DNA of 64,000 bases, taken from an uncultured delta proteobacterium. Lineage in GTDB: Bacteria > Myxococcota > Myxococcia > Myxococcales > Anaeromyxobacteraceae. Positions 52,671 through 63,120 of this stretch are shown in pieces. Numbering within the stretch: the stretch's first letter is position 1; every line of letters starts with the position of its first letter. Both the position numbers and the translations under genes were made by a program. The notes under the pieces are model-generated. The model did no database searches and was not told the origin of the DNA. It worked only from the letters and a program-made list of their open reading frames with translations. Where the stretch lies: contig CAWHDZ010000018.1 in NCBI GenBank assembly GCA_963828255.1, positions 64,001 to 128,000 on the forward strand, read 5' to 3'.

Positions 52671-53437
52671 CCGACCTGCTGGGCGCCCCGGGGCTGGCCG
52701 AGCTGCGCGAGGTCGCCGGCTCCCACGCTCTGCTGGCATTCGACTTCGATGGAACGCTCGCCCCCATCGTACGGAACTCCGAAGATGCGGCGATGAGACC
52801 CCGGACGAGGAAGCTCCTCGCCCAGATTTCCCTCCGCTTTCCCTGCGCCATCATCTCGGGTCGTCGGCTATCCGACCTCCGTGCACGGGTCGACGGGATT
52901 CCGATCCGCTGGTTCATAGGCAACCACGGAGCCGAGGGGGTAGTCCCCTTCCCAGGGGCGGGGAACCTCCGGCGAACCGTGATCGGCTGGCGCGACTCGC
53001 TCCAGGCGGAGGTCGGCCGTTGGGGGGGTGCCCAGATAGAGGACAAGGGCTTCTCCCTGTCGGTCGACTACCGGAACGCGGCCAGCCGCAAGGAAGCGCG
53101 GCGAGCCATCCTCCGCTGCGCCCGGAGCCTGCCTGGGGTCCGGATCGTCCGTGGCAAGTGCGTTGTGAACCTCGTGCTGGAATCCGCCCCGAACAAGGGG
53201 ACTGCGCTCGCACACCTCGTCGGCCTGCTGGACCCCGAGCGCGTCCTCTTTGCCGGAGACGACGATACCGACGAGGATGCGTTCGAGATGGACCTGGGCG
53301 TTCCCTCGACGACGATCCGGGTGGGCGGAGCCGGTCCCAGTCGTGCGAGATTCCGTCTCGAAGGGCAGGATGCGATCGACCGGCTTCTCCAGATCTTGCT
53401 GGACTCGAAGACAGGCGTCACGGAGGAAGAGGAATGA
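52667..53437 (+). CDS. otsB: Trehalose-6-phosphate phosphatase
   Basis: FDFDGTLAPI, ISGR, GNHGAE, NKG, GDDDTDEDAF. Confidence 0.93.
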   Translation: MTDLLGAPGLAELREVAGSHALLAFDFDGTLAPIVRNSEDAAMRPRTRKLLAQISLRFPCAIISGRRLSDLRARVDGIPIRWFIGNHGAEGVVPFPGAGNLRRTVIGWRDSLQAEVGRWGGAQIEDKGFSLSVDYRNAASRKEARRAILRCARSLPGVRIVRGKCVVNLVLESAPNKGTALAHLVGLLDPERVLFAGDDDTDEDAFEMDLGVPSTTIRVGGAGPSRARFRLEGQDAIDRLLQILLDSKTGVTEEEE

Positions 53438-53889
53438 GGCGGATGGATACGGCACCCGACGTCCTGGACGTCATGCAGGTTCTCTGGGCATTGGCCCACG
53501 CGCTCGAGGCCCGATCCAAGCGGATGCACCGCGACCTTGGAATCACGGGGCCCCAGAGACTCCTCCTCCGCGTCGTTGGCCAGTCGCCCGGGTGCGGGCC
53601 GGGAGAGGCGGCTCGCAGGTTGAGCCTCAACCCCGGGACGGTGAGCAGGCTCGCCGCCGGCCTGGAGCGGCGAAAGCTGGTTCGACGGGAACTGGACCAG
53701 GTGGACAGGCGCAAGCAGCGACTGGTGCTGACCGCTCGCGGCAGGCTGCTCAACGGGCACCATCGCGGGACCGTCGAAGGAGCCGTTCGGGAGGCTCTCG
53801 CCGGGGCGACACCGAGCGAGGTCCCGCTGGCCCGGAAGTTCATCCGCCGGCTCACGGCGTCACTGACCGTCCCGGGCGCTGAACGGTAG
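53434..53889 (+). CDS. MarR family transcriptional regulator
   Basis: LGITGPQ, TVSRL..LE, DRRK..L.LT..G. Confidence 0.9.
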   Translation: MRRMDTAPDVLDVMQVLWALAHALEARSKRMHRDLGITGPQRLLLRVVGQSPGCGPGEAARRLSLNPGTVSRLAAGLERRKLVRRELDQVDRRKQRLVLTARGRLLNGHHRGTVEGAVREALAGATPSEVPLARKFIRRLTASLTVPGAER

Positions 53890-53989
53890 CGCTTTCGCGT
53901 GCTCCTTGCGCGACGAGATGCCTCGGCCCAGGCTTCATTTATTGCATCTGCAACTAAAAAGCTCCGCTCCACGATCTGCTGCTCCTTCC

Positions 53990-54626
53990 AGGGAGATGCC
54001 GTTGTGCGAAGCAGCCCGGTTTCGGCAAGGTCTGCTTCTAAGGCGAGTGCCGGGAGTGCGGCCTGGACAAGGACTGCAAGACCGGGTTCTGGTGCAGGGG
54101 CTTCCAGTGCGTGCCGCGCCCGGAGTGCGAGGTCCCCTTCGATTGCGGGAAGGGCAGGACCTGCGAGCTCGGGAAGTGCGTGGCAACTGCCCCGGCGCCA
54201 CAATGCGGTCCTGGGTCCGGTGATCGCGTGTGCGATCCAGGCCAGGTTTGCGACGCGGGCACATGTCGGGTCGCGCCGCCTCCGCCGGACCCCTGCCGCG
54301 ATCTCGGCAGCGTCTTCTTCTCCCCTGGTTCGACGTCACTCACGGAGAAGTCGCGCGCTACGCTGGCCGAGGACGCGTCCTGTTTGGCGTCTGGGCCAAA
54401 GCGAGCGGTCATCGAAGGCAACTCCGACGACGGGAAGACCCCTGAGGAGGGCGTGAATCTGGGCCTCCGAAGGGCAGCGGCAGTGAAGAAGTACCTCCTC
54501 AGCCTGGGCGTTCACCGTGCGCTCCTCTCCACCATCAGCTACGGCGACACGCGCCGCGTCTGCACGGAACCCACCGAGGACTGCCGGCAAGAGAATCGCA
54601 GGGTCGACCTGAACATCCACAAGTGA
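53990..54626 (+). pseudogene. OmpA/Pal-like protein with Cys-rich N-terminus (5' lost, in-frame stop at 54039)
   Basis: GKVCF*GECREC..DC; VFF, IEGNSD, NLGLRRAAAVKKYL, ISYG, NRRVD. Confidence 0.75.
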
Positions 54627-55102
54627 CGGCCACGGCGCGGGCGGCGCGCCGCTTGGCCCTTCCAGGAGGTCCGCCAGATGAAGAGCCCGACGATACCTCG
54701 ACGCAGGGGGAAGTGAGGCCGATAGGCACACGCCACTGCTCTCCTTCATCGCCCTCGGCCTGCTCGACATTGCGGCACTGGTCGCCTTCCTGGCAAAGCT
54801 TGCCTGGCAGACAACCTGCGCGCTGTAGAGTTCGCGCAGACCCGCCTTCCCTGGAGTGGGGTCGGGCAGCCCCGGGCAGGATGACCCCTACGATGACTGA
54901 ACGGCACGCTCCAGTGCGTACAGGGTCTGAAGTACATCCGTGAGCCCGAGAAAGTAGGTCATCGTTCCCGCAATCTCCGAGCGGGATTCCTGGACTTGGG
55001 CGCTGACAGCCAACGCCCGCTGGAGGCGCAATCATGGCCGAAGGCCGACTGGGTAGGAGATACCCACGGGAAGCCAAATGGATCTGCAGGCAAGCAATTG
55101 CG

Positions 55103-55741
55103 TCAGGGTTCCCATCGCACGGAGTCACCCACCGCGATCTCGCCGCCCTCGATCACGAAGCAGTCGAGCGCGAGGGTGCCTCCGAAGCGGCGGAAGATGC
55201 TGCGGGTGACACCCTTGTCCTGGACCTGCGTGTCTGGATCGAACGAGGTCATGATGCAGCGCTGGCGCAGGTCCTGGACGCCGATGAGCACCTTGCCGAT
55301 GCGAAGGGTTCCGCCTGGCCATTCGCGTTCGGCCAGGCCATCGACGCCCCCGATCACGATGTTGGGGCGCAGGCGGCGGTGGTCGTAGCCAAATGCGGCG
55401 ATGGCGCCATCCGTCGCCACGAGTAGCGGCAGCACATCGAAACGCTCGGCTCCGTCGAAGCGAACCAGGCGTGACCCATCCCCGGCGATGTCGACGACGT
55501 CCGCCGCAACCTCCAGGCCTCGCCACGGCCGGCCGTCCACCAGGGGCTCCCCGTCGAGGCCCAGGGTGCCCTTGTGGGCCAGGAAGCGCGGGTGACTACG
55601 GGACGTGATCACCCTCCCGTGGGCGTCTTCCACGTGAACGACACGGTCCCCTCCGACGCCAAGCGAGCCGATGTCGACACGCTGCAGCATCTCGCCCGCC
55701 ATGGTCTTGACCGGATATCTCCAGATCTCCGCGACCGTCAT
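55103..55741 (-). CDS. MOSC domain protein
   Basis: IWRYPVKTMAGE, GDR, RRLRPNIV, RC.MT..DP, I.VGD. Confidence 0.88.
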   Translation of the reverse strand: MTVAEIWRYPVKTMAGEMLQRVDIGSLGVGGDRVVHVEDAHGRVITSRSHPRFLAHKGTLGLDGEPLVDGRPWRGLEVAADVVDIAGDGSRLVRFDGAERFDVLPLLVATDGAIAAFGYDHRRLRPNIVIGGVDGLAEREWPGGTLRIGKVLIGVQDLRQRCIMTSFDPDTQVQDKGVTRSIFRRFGGTLALDCFVIEGGEIAVGDSVRWEP

Positions 55742-55878
55742 ACCGCGAAGGAGGCGATCGCCGTTCCGTTTCTGTCTGCTGGCAGCGGTGTCGGTCATTG
55801 TGGTTCGACATCCAATGCCGCGGATGCGGAAACATTTCCATGTCAAATCGACCCGTTGACCGGCCCCTCCTGATGCAC

Positions 55879-56409
55879 CTACCCCGCGCTTCCCGAGCCG
55901 TCTGGCGGGCCGCGCCCGATGGCGGCCGCCCCTGCGAACCGAGAAATGACGAGCATCAGGTGCAGTTGCCCAGTCAGCGCCTCCACCACGGCGAGACTGC
56001 GCACGAGGGGGTTCACTGGCAGGACATCACCGTAGCCTACCGAGGTGAGCGTCGCGAAGCTGAAGTAGATGTATTCCGAGATCGGATGAAGCGCTCCCGG
56101 TAGCTCGAGAGCGCCGGGCCGGATGAGGTCGATGGCCTGGTAGGTATGCGCCCAGGCACCGCCGATCAGGATGTACGCGAGAAGGACGGCGAAGAGCCTG
56201 TCAGGCAACTACCGTGTTCCCCCAAGGGCTACGGCGGCCACGAGCAGCGTGACGGTGCCCCCGAGGGCGCCGAGCCACGGGGGAAGCACCCCCATCGTCG
56301 TGAGCGGTGGAACGACGAATATGTCCAGGGCCAGAGCCGCGAGCAGGATGTGGCTCGCCCGTCTCGTCCGGAGCATCGAAGGCTCGAACCATCCCATGCC
56401 GTTGATCAT
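55879..56409 (-). pseudogene. Potassium channel (Ion_trans_2) fragments
   Basis: YFSFATLTSVGYGDVLP selectivity filter; N-terminal TMs in another frame. Confidence 0.8.
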
Positions 56410-56599
56410 GGCCGTGCATCCCCTTCCGCGCGCCGGCGCCGTCCACCAGGGTCTGCCCAGAAACCTGGCGGATGGCCTCCCGCATCGTCACGCTTCCGTC
56501 TCGGGAATACGACCCATGGATGGAGGTCTGCGATCAGGCCCTCCCCGGGCGAAATGGCTTCCCGTCGGGCGGCTCGCACCCGATGCAGCGACCCCGCGA

Positions 56600-57261
56600 G
56601 TTCGTGGGGGGATCGTCAACGGGTCACCATTCTCGAGACGTCTGATCTCCTGTCCCACGTCGGCGACGAAGCCCTCCGGGCCGAGCCAGGAACGGGCGGG
56701 GGTCACGAACCCGACAATGACTCCCGCGATGGTCGGATGAACTCCCGCTGCGTAAATCCCGCCCCAGACCACGGCGGCAGGGACGGCGTAGACGAACCTG
56801 GAGCGGACGCCGAGCCACTGGAGCGCAAAGATGCAGGCCAGGCCTGCGACCGCGACGAGCAGCGCGGCAGGAACGACCCCCGCCGAGTAGAAGACGGCGA
56901 GCGCGAGCAGGAGGTAGGTTCAGGCGGGAACGACCATCCCGGCGAGGGCCGCGAGGATGGGGAGGGCCGCCCGCCTGGCATCGGAGAGTTCTCCGTGGTG
57001 AATCTCCCGCCGGATCTCCAGACCGACGACGAAGAAGAACACCACCATCAGGACGTCGTTGACGAACCACTCCACGGGCCGCTCGAAGGCGAATGAGCCG
57101 ATGCGGAGTCCGACAGGGGTATGCCAGAAGGAGGCGTATGCGCCGGCCCAGGGCGAGTTCGCCCACCCGAGCGCCACGGCAGCGGCGGCAAGCAAGACGA
57201 TTCCGCTCGCCGCCTCGATCCGCAGGAACTGCTCGAGCGGACGCCCAGCGAATCGCGCCAT
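56600..57261 (-). pseudogene. nhaA: Na+/H+ antiporter NhaA fragments
   Basis: EAASGIVLL, WANSP, FVNDVLMVVFFFVVGLEIRRE, AALAGMVVPA*, later GVHPTIAGV; central and C-terminal parts missing. Confidence 0.85.
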
Positions 57262-57609
57262 CCGCACGAGCGGGCCCCAGGCCCCGGGGGGATCGCTGGG
57301 CGCGCATTCGGACGCTCTTGCTCCGTGGAGTGCAAAGTCCATCCCCGCCGGCGTCATCGCCGACCGGGATGGCGGCCCGCCCATCCAAGTTCCTGCAGCG
57401 GAGGTCCCGCCGCACCCTTTGAATCTGTGAGGAAGCACGATGCCACGGCGCCATGGCCCCGTCGAGCGGCCGGTGTCAGGGGCTTCCACGTCCACGCCCG
57501 CCGTCCTGCTTCGAGGTTCGAAGGGTCTACCTCGCGATCCGGGATCAGTCGGAGGGACTGGCAGTCGGGTTTGCCCTGGGAGCGTTTGGCGGCTTGCGCC
57601 CCGGTGAGG

Positions 57610-58539
57610 CATTCGGTCCTCGAGCAGGGCGTTGGGGTAGTTCTGCGGGAGCGTGGTCGGGTCGCCAGGCCGGGCGCGGAAGTGCTCGAACTCGCCGGTG
57701 TCGGGATGGTAGCGCTCCAGCCCCTCGCCCGAGGTCCCCATCCAGACGTTGCCCCTTCGATCCTCCAGCACCTGCACCACACCGTCGCGGATGACGCTCT
57801 TCGGGTCGAGCGGGTTGTGCCGGAACACCTCGAAGCGGTGGCCCTCGGGGTCGTGCTTGTCGACGCGGCCGCTCGTGTACCAGACCCACAGCCGGCCGTC
57901 CCGGAGCCGGACCATCTGGCGGATGTCGAACCTCGGCAGGCCGTGCTGCATGGTTCCCACCCAGATGCTGCCCCGGCGATAGGCGAGGACCGCCCGGATG
58001 TCGTTGCTGGGCAGGCTCCCGGCGTCGTCCGGCCGGTGGAAGTGGCTGGCAAACCGTCCGGTCTTCCGGTCGTAGCTGGAGAGCCCCTCCGAGGTGCCAA
58101 ACCAGAACAGGCCGTCCTCGTCCTCGGCGATGGTGGTGGAGTAGTGGCTGAATCCGTTCCCGGCCAGGCTCGTGGCCGGTTCCGCTGGATTCTTGAAGAA
58201 GGACACGAAGCTGTCGTCACGCTTGTCGTAGCGGGTGAGGCCACGGTTCGTGCCCACCCAGATCATGCCCTGGCTGTCCTCGAAGACCTGGGTGACGTTG
58301 TCGGTGGCCAGCGCTCGAGGTCCGGCCCGGAAGTACTTCACGCCGCTGCCGTCGAAGCGCGCCAGGCCGTTGAACGCGGTCGTGAACCACAGGAACCCCT
58401 GCCGGTCCTGGATGGCGTTGTGCCAGGGCGTTCCGCCGACGTTGAACGCGAGCTCGAACTTGAGATCTCCGGGGCCGCCGGCGAAGGCGTCGCACGGCAT
58501 CCAGAGCAGCAAGGCCAGCCAGCACACCAGCGGCCGCAT
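57610..58539 (-). pseudogene. Two-component regulator beta-propeller (Reg_prop) N-terminal fragment
   Basis: Repeats QDRQGFLWF, EDSQGMIWVGT, EDEDGLFWFGT, EDRRGNVWMGT; no signalling domain follows. Confidence 0.8.
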
Positions 58540-59048
58540 CCGGAACCCTGGCAGGCCGGGGCTCATGAGGAAAGGCGCCCCCCGGACGGCGGATCGGGAC
58601 GCGGAAGGCCCGCGCGGACGCCGTCACACGCCTCGCGTGTCATTTCATCCCTCCCCGCCGCGGCATTGCCCACATCGGCCATCCGAGTCACGGCCGGTGG
58701 GGCGCCCCAAAGGGGTTCGTCCCCGGGTGCGGAGGGACGAGGGGCCGGCAGGCCACGCGTGATGCACCGCGAAAGCGCGGGGCCGCCACGAACATGCCAC
58801 CGATCGCCAACCGGAGAAGCAACCTCGACTCGATGGTTCCCGACATGACGGCGTCGAGTTCTTCGGGGTTTGGGCCATGACCTCGCGCCGACCGAAGGCG
58901 GCGCCGCGAGCAGGCGAAACGTGGCGCTTGCCGGACCCACGGCTTGCCACGCCGCCGATGGAAAAGGGTTCGGCAAACGATTCGGTGGCCGGAAACCGTC
59001 TAGTCTCGGTGGAGAACGTCCACTGCCAGCTGGAACGGGGTGCAACCC

Positions 59049-60389
59049 ATGAATAGGTTCAGGCGGTTCTGGGACTATCTGAGGTCGAGCTTCTGGTTCG
59101 TTCCCTCGCTGATGGTCGGCGGCAGCATCGTCCTCGCGGCCGGGTTGATCGAGCTGGACACGGCCCGGAGCCACGAGTGGTTCGCCCAGTGGCCGCGCCT
59201 CTTCGGGGCTGGGGCGGAAGGCGCACGCGGGATGATGTCGACGATCGCCACCTCGATGATGACCGTGGTGGGCGTCACGTTCTCCATGATCCTGGTGGTG
59301 CTGGCGCTGGCGTCGAGCCAATACACGTCGCGGGTCCTGAGAAACTTCATTCGCAGCCGCGTCACGCAGTTCGTACTCGGGACCTTCGCCGGCATCTTCA
59401 CGTATTGTCTGATCGTGCTGCGAAGCATTCGCGGGAACGAAGCGGGTGCCTTCGTTCCCGCCCTGGCGGTGTTCTTCGGCTTCGTGCTGGCGCTGGCCGG
59501 CGTGAGCGCGCTCATCTTCTTCATTCACCACGTCGCGACCTCGATCCAGGCCTCGAGCATCATCGCCACTGTTGCCGACGAGACCATGTTGGCCATTGAC
59601 CGACTCCTTCCAGGAGGACATGGGCAAGGGCCGACCGACGACGATGAGCAATCCGCGACCCTTGCTCGGCCGGGGCGGAACTGGCAGTCGGTCCCCGCCA
59701 GGGAGAGTGGCTACATCCAGAACGTGGATGGCGAGGCGCTTCTACGTCTTGCGAGGAAGCACAGGACCACCGTGCGCATGGAACGGGGCATCGGTGAATT
59801 CGTGGTCGACCAAACCCCCCTCGTCTCGCTCGATCGGGAAGGTCCGCCGGACGGTGAGATCATCGGCGCACTGCAATCGGCCTACAGCATCGACCGCCGT
59901 CGCACGCTGGAACAGGATGTTGCATTCGGGATCAGGCAAATCGTGGACATCGCGTTGCGCGCGCTGTCTCCGAGCACCAACGACACCACGACCGCCGTGA
60001 TGTGCTTGGACCATCTGACGGCCATCCTGTCCCGCGTGGCGTCCCGACGAATACCTCCGTCGCATCGCTACGAGGACGGCGACCTGCGGGTGATCACCAT
60101 CGGGCCGACCTTCGCCACGTTGCTGGAGGAATCGTTCGATCAAATTCGAGGCAGCGCCGTCGGAAACGTCGGCGTCCTGCTACGGATGCTCGTCGCGCTT
60201 CAAACCATCGCCAGTCTCACGGCTAGCCCGAGTCGGCGGCGGTCGCTTCGTGAACAGGTGGAATGGATCGCCGAGTCGGCCGAGCGCACCGTCGAGTCCT
60301 TGCACGATCGTTCGAGGATCGACGTGCGGCTGAAGAGCGTGCGTGAAGCGCTCGAAGGGGAGCCGGCGTCTCATGAAATCGGCCCATGA
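59049..60389 (+). CDS. DUF2254 family membrane protein
   Basis: SFWFVP, ASSQYTSR, FIHH, SGYIQ, RQIVDIALRALSPSTNDTTTA. Confidence 0.9.
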   Translation: MNRFRRFWDYLRSSFWFVPSLMVGGSIVLAAGLIELDTARSHEWFAQWPRLFGAGAEGARGMMSTIATSMMTVVGVTFSMILVVLALASSQYTSRVLRNFIRSRVTQFVLGTFAGIFTYCLIVLRSIRGNEAGAFVPALAVFFGFVLALAGVSALIFFIHHVATSIQASSIIATVADETMLAIDRLLPGGHGQGPTDDDEQSATLARPGRNWQSVPARESGYIQNVDGEALLRLARKHRTTVRMERGIGEFVVDQTPLVSLDREGPPDGEIIGALQSAYSIDRRRTLEQDVAFGIRQIVDIALRALSPSTNDTTTAVMCLDHLTAILSRVASRRIPPSHRYEDGDLRVITIGPTFATLLEESFDQIRGSAVGNVGVLLRMLVALQTIASLTASPSRRRSLREQVEWIAESAERTVESLHDRSRIDVRLKSVREALEGEPASHEIGP

Positions 60390-60444
60390 TCCCGAGGGCG
60401 TACCGTTCCTCGAAAGGACGAGAAGCCGGAGAAGACGCCGAGCC

Positions 60445-60670
60445 TCACTTCGTGTGGTCGGCGTGGCACATGCGGCACTCCATGTGCCCCTGCTGGTGGT
60501 TCATGCCCTCCTTCGTCTGCCACATGTCGTCCGGCCCGTGGCATCGGACGCAGTGCTCGATCTCCGCCGAGGGCTTCCGGACCGGTGGCGACCACTTGCC
60601 GTCGAAGTACTCGTTCATCGCGAGCGTCACCGTGTAGACGACCTCGCCCGTCACCTTGGCGCACCGGCGG
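60445..60670 (-). pseudogene. C-terminal di-haem fragment (resembles C-GCAxxG-C-C / split-Soret-like proteins)
   Basis: RCAKVTG...LAMNEYF...CVRCH...GHMECRMCH (two CxxCH). Confidence 0.6.
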
Positions 60671-60987
60671 ATCGACGGCTTGCTCGACGACGACGGCAAC
60701 TTCACGCGGGAGTGCGACAACCTGCTTCAGGTCGCCTGGTTGGCCGCTACGTCGCTCGACCCGGCCGACCGGCTCGCGTCGGCCATCGACGTCGACACCT
60801 GGCTCGCCTTCAACATCTCCGAGGGGTGCCTGGCGCCCACCCGGCCAGTCGTGGCGGCTGGCGTGGGAGCATCGGGCTGAGGCCCCACTGTCGTTGAAGG
60901 GATTCCGATGCGAGCGGGATCGAAGCTGACGGCGGTGGACTTGTTCTGCGCTGACGCCGGCTTGGCCATGGTTCCCGGTCGATGAGC

Positions 60988-61015
60988 TTGCAAGATATAA
61001 TGATATAGTTATATA
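60988..61015 (+). promoter_or_regulatory. Sigma70-like promoter overlapped by an ArsR-type operator
   Basis: TTGCAA at 60988; inverted repeat ATATAA-N8-TTATAT at 60995-61014; strongly AT-rich. Confidence 0.65.
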
Positions 61016-61023
61016 CGCACGTC

Positions 61024-61830
61024 ATGGACGCCCCGGACGCTGCCTCATCCCCTCTTGCCCCCCATCCCGCGGCCCCGCGCCCGGCGAGGATGTGGCTGGG
61101 CCTCATGCTTCTCGCCGTCGTCGGCGTGGTCGGCTCCTCGCCGTTCTTCGCGAAGGTCCTCCCCGGGATGATCGGTGCGCGCGCTGTCGCGATCCCCCTG
61201 ACCCCGGTGCAGTTGGTTGCCGTTCAGGGCCTCCAAAGCCTGGTTCTCTCCGCGCTTGCCGCGGTCGCGGGTCTGTGGGCGAGCCGCTGGACGGGCCTCG
61301 ACGCTCCGCTGGTGCGGGCGCGCCTCTCGGGTCGGCCGGTGGGCCGCCGCCTTCTCGGACTGATGCCGGTCGCGCTCGTCGCTGGCACGATCTCCTCCCT
61401 CGCGGTCGTCGGGCTCTCTCTGGCCGCGGGCTCCCGCATCCCGGCGGGCGGGAAGCTCCCACCCATGAGCCCGTGGATCGCCGCGACCGGCGCATTCTAC
61501 GGCGGCATCATCGAGGAGTTGCTCCTGCGATGGGGGCTGCTCGGGCTGCTGGCGATGCTCCTCGTCCGCGTCGGGCTGCGGAATGGCTTGGCCTTCTGGA
61601 TCGCGAACATCGGCGCGGCCCTGATCTTCGGGGTCGGCCACCTGCCAGCCGCGAAGGCGCTTGGGATGACGCTCACCCCGTTCGTCATCTCCTACCTGCT
61701 CGTGGCGAATGGCCTCGTGGGTGTGGTCTGCGGGTGGCTATTCCGGAAGCGGGGCCTGGAGTCGGCGATGATGGCCCACGGCACCGCCGACATCTGGCTG
61801 CACGTGGCAGCGCCGTTCTTCGGGGCGTGA
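61024..61830 (+). CDS. CPBP (CAAX/Abi) intramembrane protease
   Basis: GIIEELLLRWG, FGVGH, GLESAMMAH. Confidence 0.9.
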   Translation: MDAPDAASSPLAPHPAAPRPARMWLGLMLLAVVGVVGSSPFFAKVLPGMIGARAVAIPLTPVQLVAVQGLQSLVLSALAAVAGLWASRWTGLDAPLVRARLSGRPVGRRLLGLMPVALVAGTISSLAVVGLSLAAGSRIPAGGKLPPMSPWIAATGAFYGGIIEELLLRWGLLGLLAMLLVRVGLRNGLAFWIANIGAALIFGVGHLPAAKALGMTLTPFVISYLLVANGLVGVVCGWLFRKRGLESAMMAHGTADIWLHVAAPFFGA

Positions 61831-61834
61831 GCGG

Positions 61835-62104
61835 ATGAGCGACCCCGCCTTCAAGGCGCTGGCCGACCCGACCCGACGGGAGATACTCCGTTTGCTTGGA
61901 GCGAGCGAGATGTCGGTGAACGACATCGTCGAGCGTTTCTCGGTCTCGCAGCCCGCCATCTCCCGGCACCTCGCCGTGCTCCGGCACGCGGGGTTGGTCA
62001 CCTCCAGGCGCGAAGGGCAAAGCGTGATCTACGCCCTCGACACCACGGTGATGCAGGACGTGGTGAGGGCCCTGCTGGACCTCCGAGGAGGAACGAAGCG
62101 ATGA
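61835..62104 (+). CDS. ArsR family repressor, SdpR-like
   Basis: FKALADPTRREIL, SQPAISRHLAVL, REGQSVIYALDTTV. Confidence 0.92.
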   Translation: MSDPAFKALADPTRREILRLLGASEMSVNDIVERFSVSQPAISRHLAVLRHAGLVTSRREGQSVIYALDTTVMQDVVRALLDLRGGTKR

Positions 62105-62814
62105 CTCGATACGGCCGATTGCTTCCAGGAGTTGCGCTTCTCGCGGACGTGATCGCCTCGGTGGTGCTCTATCCGAATCTCCCCGCAACCGTGCCCGTGC
62201 ACTGGAACCTCCTGGGCCAGCCGAACGGCTACGGGAGCCGCCTTCAACTCGTGCTAGGTGGCCCCCTGCTCGTCGCTGCCATCTGGCTGCTCCTGGTATG
62301 GCTTTCCCGTCTCGATCCTCGCCGAGTGCGGGGGCCGGCGGTGGAGGCCGGGGAGCACTCACACGATGACCAGGACGGCTCGTACTGGACCGTGATCCAG
62401 ACCGTGGTCGCGCTGCTGGCGGTGCTCCACGTCGCTGTGCTGCTCGTCGCCGCGGGGCTCCTGCAAGGAATCAATCGGATCGCCGCGCTCTGCCTGGCGC
62501 TACTCCTCATCCTGCCCGGGAACTTCATCGGTCGCGTCCGGCCCAACTGGTTCGTCGGAGTCCGGACGCCTTGGACGCTTGCGTCCGACACGGTGTGGCG
62601 GAGGACGCACCGGCTGGCCGCCCGGATGATGGTCGGCGGTGGTCTCGTACTGCTGCCGCTCGCGCTCCTCCTTCCTCCCGCGGGCGCCCTCGTTGCGGCG
62701 CTGGTCATCTTTGGTGTCGCCGTGCTCGGCCCCACGGTGTGGAGCTACTTCGCGTGGAGGCAGGAGCAAAGAGCCCGGCTCTCGGGTGATTCCCGGGGGA
62801 ACCGGCCTGGATGA
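62101..62814 (+). CDS. SdpI family immunity protein (DUF1648 + SdpI)
   Basis: LPATVPVHWN..GQPNG, PNWFVGVRTPWTL....W.RTHR. Confidence 0.9.
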   Translation: MTRYGRLLPGVALLADVIASVVLYPNLPATVPVHWNLLGQPNGYGSRLQLVLGGPLLVAAIWLLLVWLSRLDPRRVRGPAVEAGEHSHDDQDGSYWTVIQTVVALLAVLHVAVLLVAAGLLQGINRIAALCLALLLILPGNFIGRVRPNWFVGVRTPWTLASDTVWRRTHRLAARMMVGGGLVLLPLALLLPPAGALVAALVIFGVAVLGPTVWSYFAWRQEQRARLSGDSRGNRPG

Positions 62815-62958
62815 CGAGCTCGGCGACCCTGTCTGGGAGGGGAGAAGCTGGCAGTCCGGCCCTCGACGTCACGTGCGACGTCGTTCCCGTGCGGGTTGGG
62901 CAGTCGTTGGGCAGGGCCGAGCGGACCCTGGGGCCTAAGTAGTCGAAGTCAGGACAAA

Positions 62959-62988
62959 AATGCCGGAGCCGCCCTGTAAGCCGGGTTC
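62959..62988 (-). repeat. att-like copy 3: RNase P RNA 3'-end fragment (not a full gene)
   Basis: Minus strand GAACCCGGCTTACAGGGCGGCTCCGGCATT matches the conserved 3' P4 strand followed by a plausible P1 strand; upstream bases are not rnpB-like. Confidence 0.75.
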
Positions 62989-63100
62989 GAAACGCTGTCG
63001 GTATGGGTCGCGATCCCGAGCGACTGGGCGCGACAAGGGGGCGGAAGTACTCGAGGCAGCGCGACCGGCGGCGACGGGGCGTGCCACCGGAGCGACACCG

Positions 63101-63120
63101 TAAGTCAGATTAAGTCAGAA
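63101..63120. repeat. 10-bp tandem repeat TAAGTCAGAT/TAAGTCAGAA (candidate integrase arm sites)
   Basis: Related GAAGTCAGGA at 62945 on the other side of the core. Confidence 0.55.

Larger units (their letters stand above)
39899..62958. mobile_element. Putative degenerate genomic island B
   Basis: Flanked by 28-bp direct repeats; heterogeneous cargo with many fragments; no intact integrase found. Confidence 0.6.

Noticed and set aside
58640..59040. Possible c-di-GMP riboswitch or ncRNA (GCGAAAGC loop, GC hairpins)
   Set aside because: The GGCAAA...GAAA...GACGCAAAGC arrangement is not present in order on either strand; such hairpins are expected by chance at this GC content.
60660..60880. 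Possible CotH-like fragment (IDVDTWLAFNISEG) on the + strand
   Set aside because: The resemblance is too short to support a call.
62961..62992. GGGTTCGAA read as a tRNA T-loop
   Set aside because: No T-stem, acceptor stem or CCA follows; the minus-strand RNase P match explains it better.
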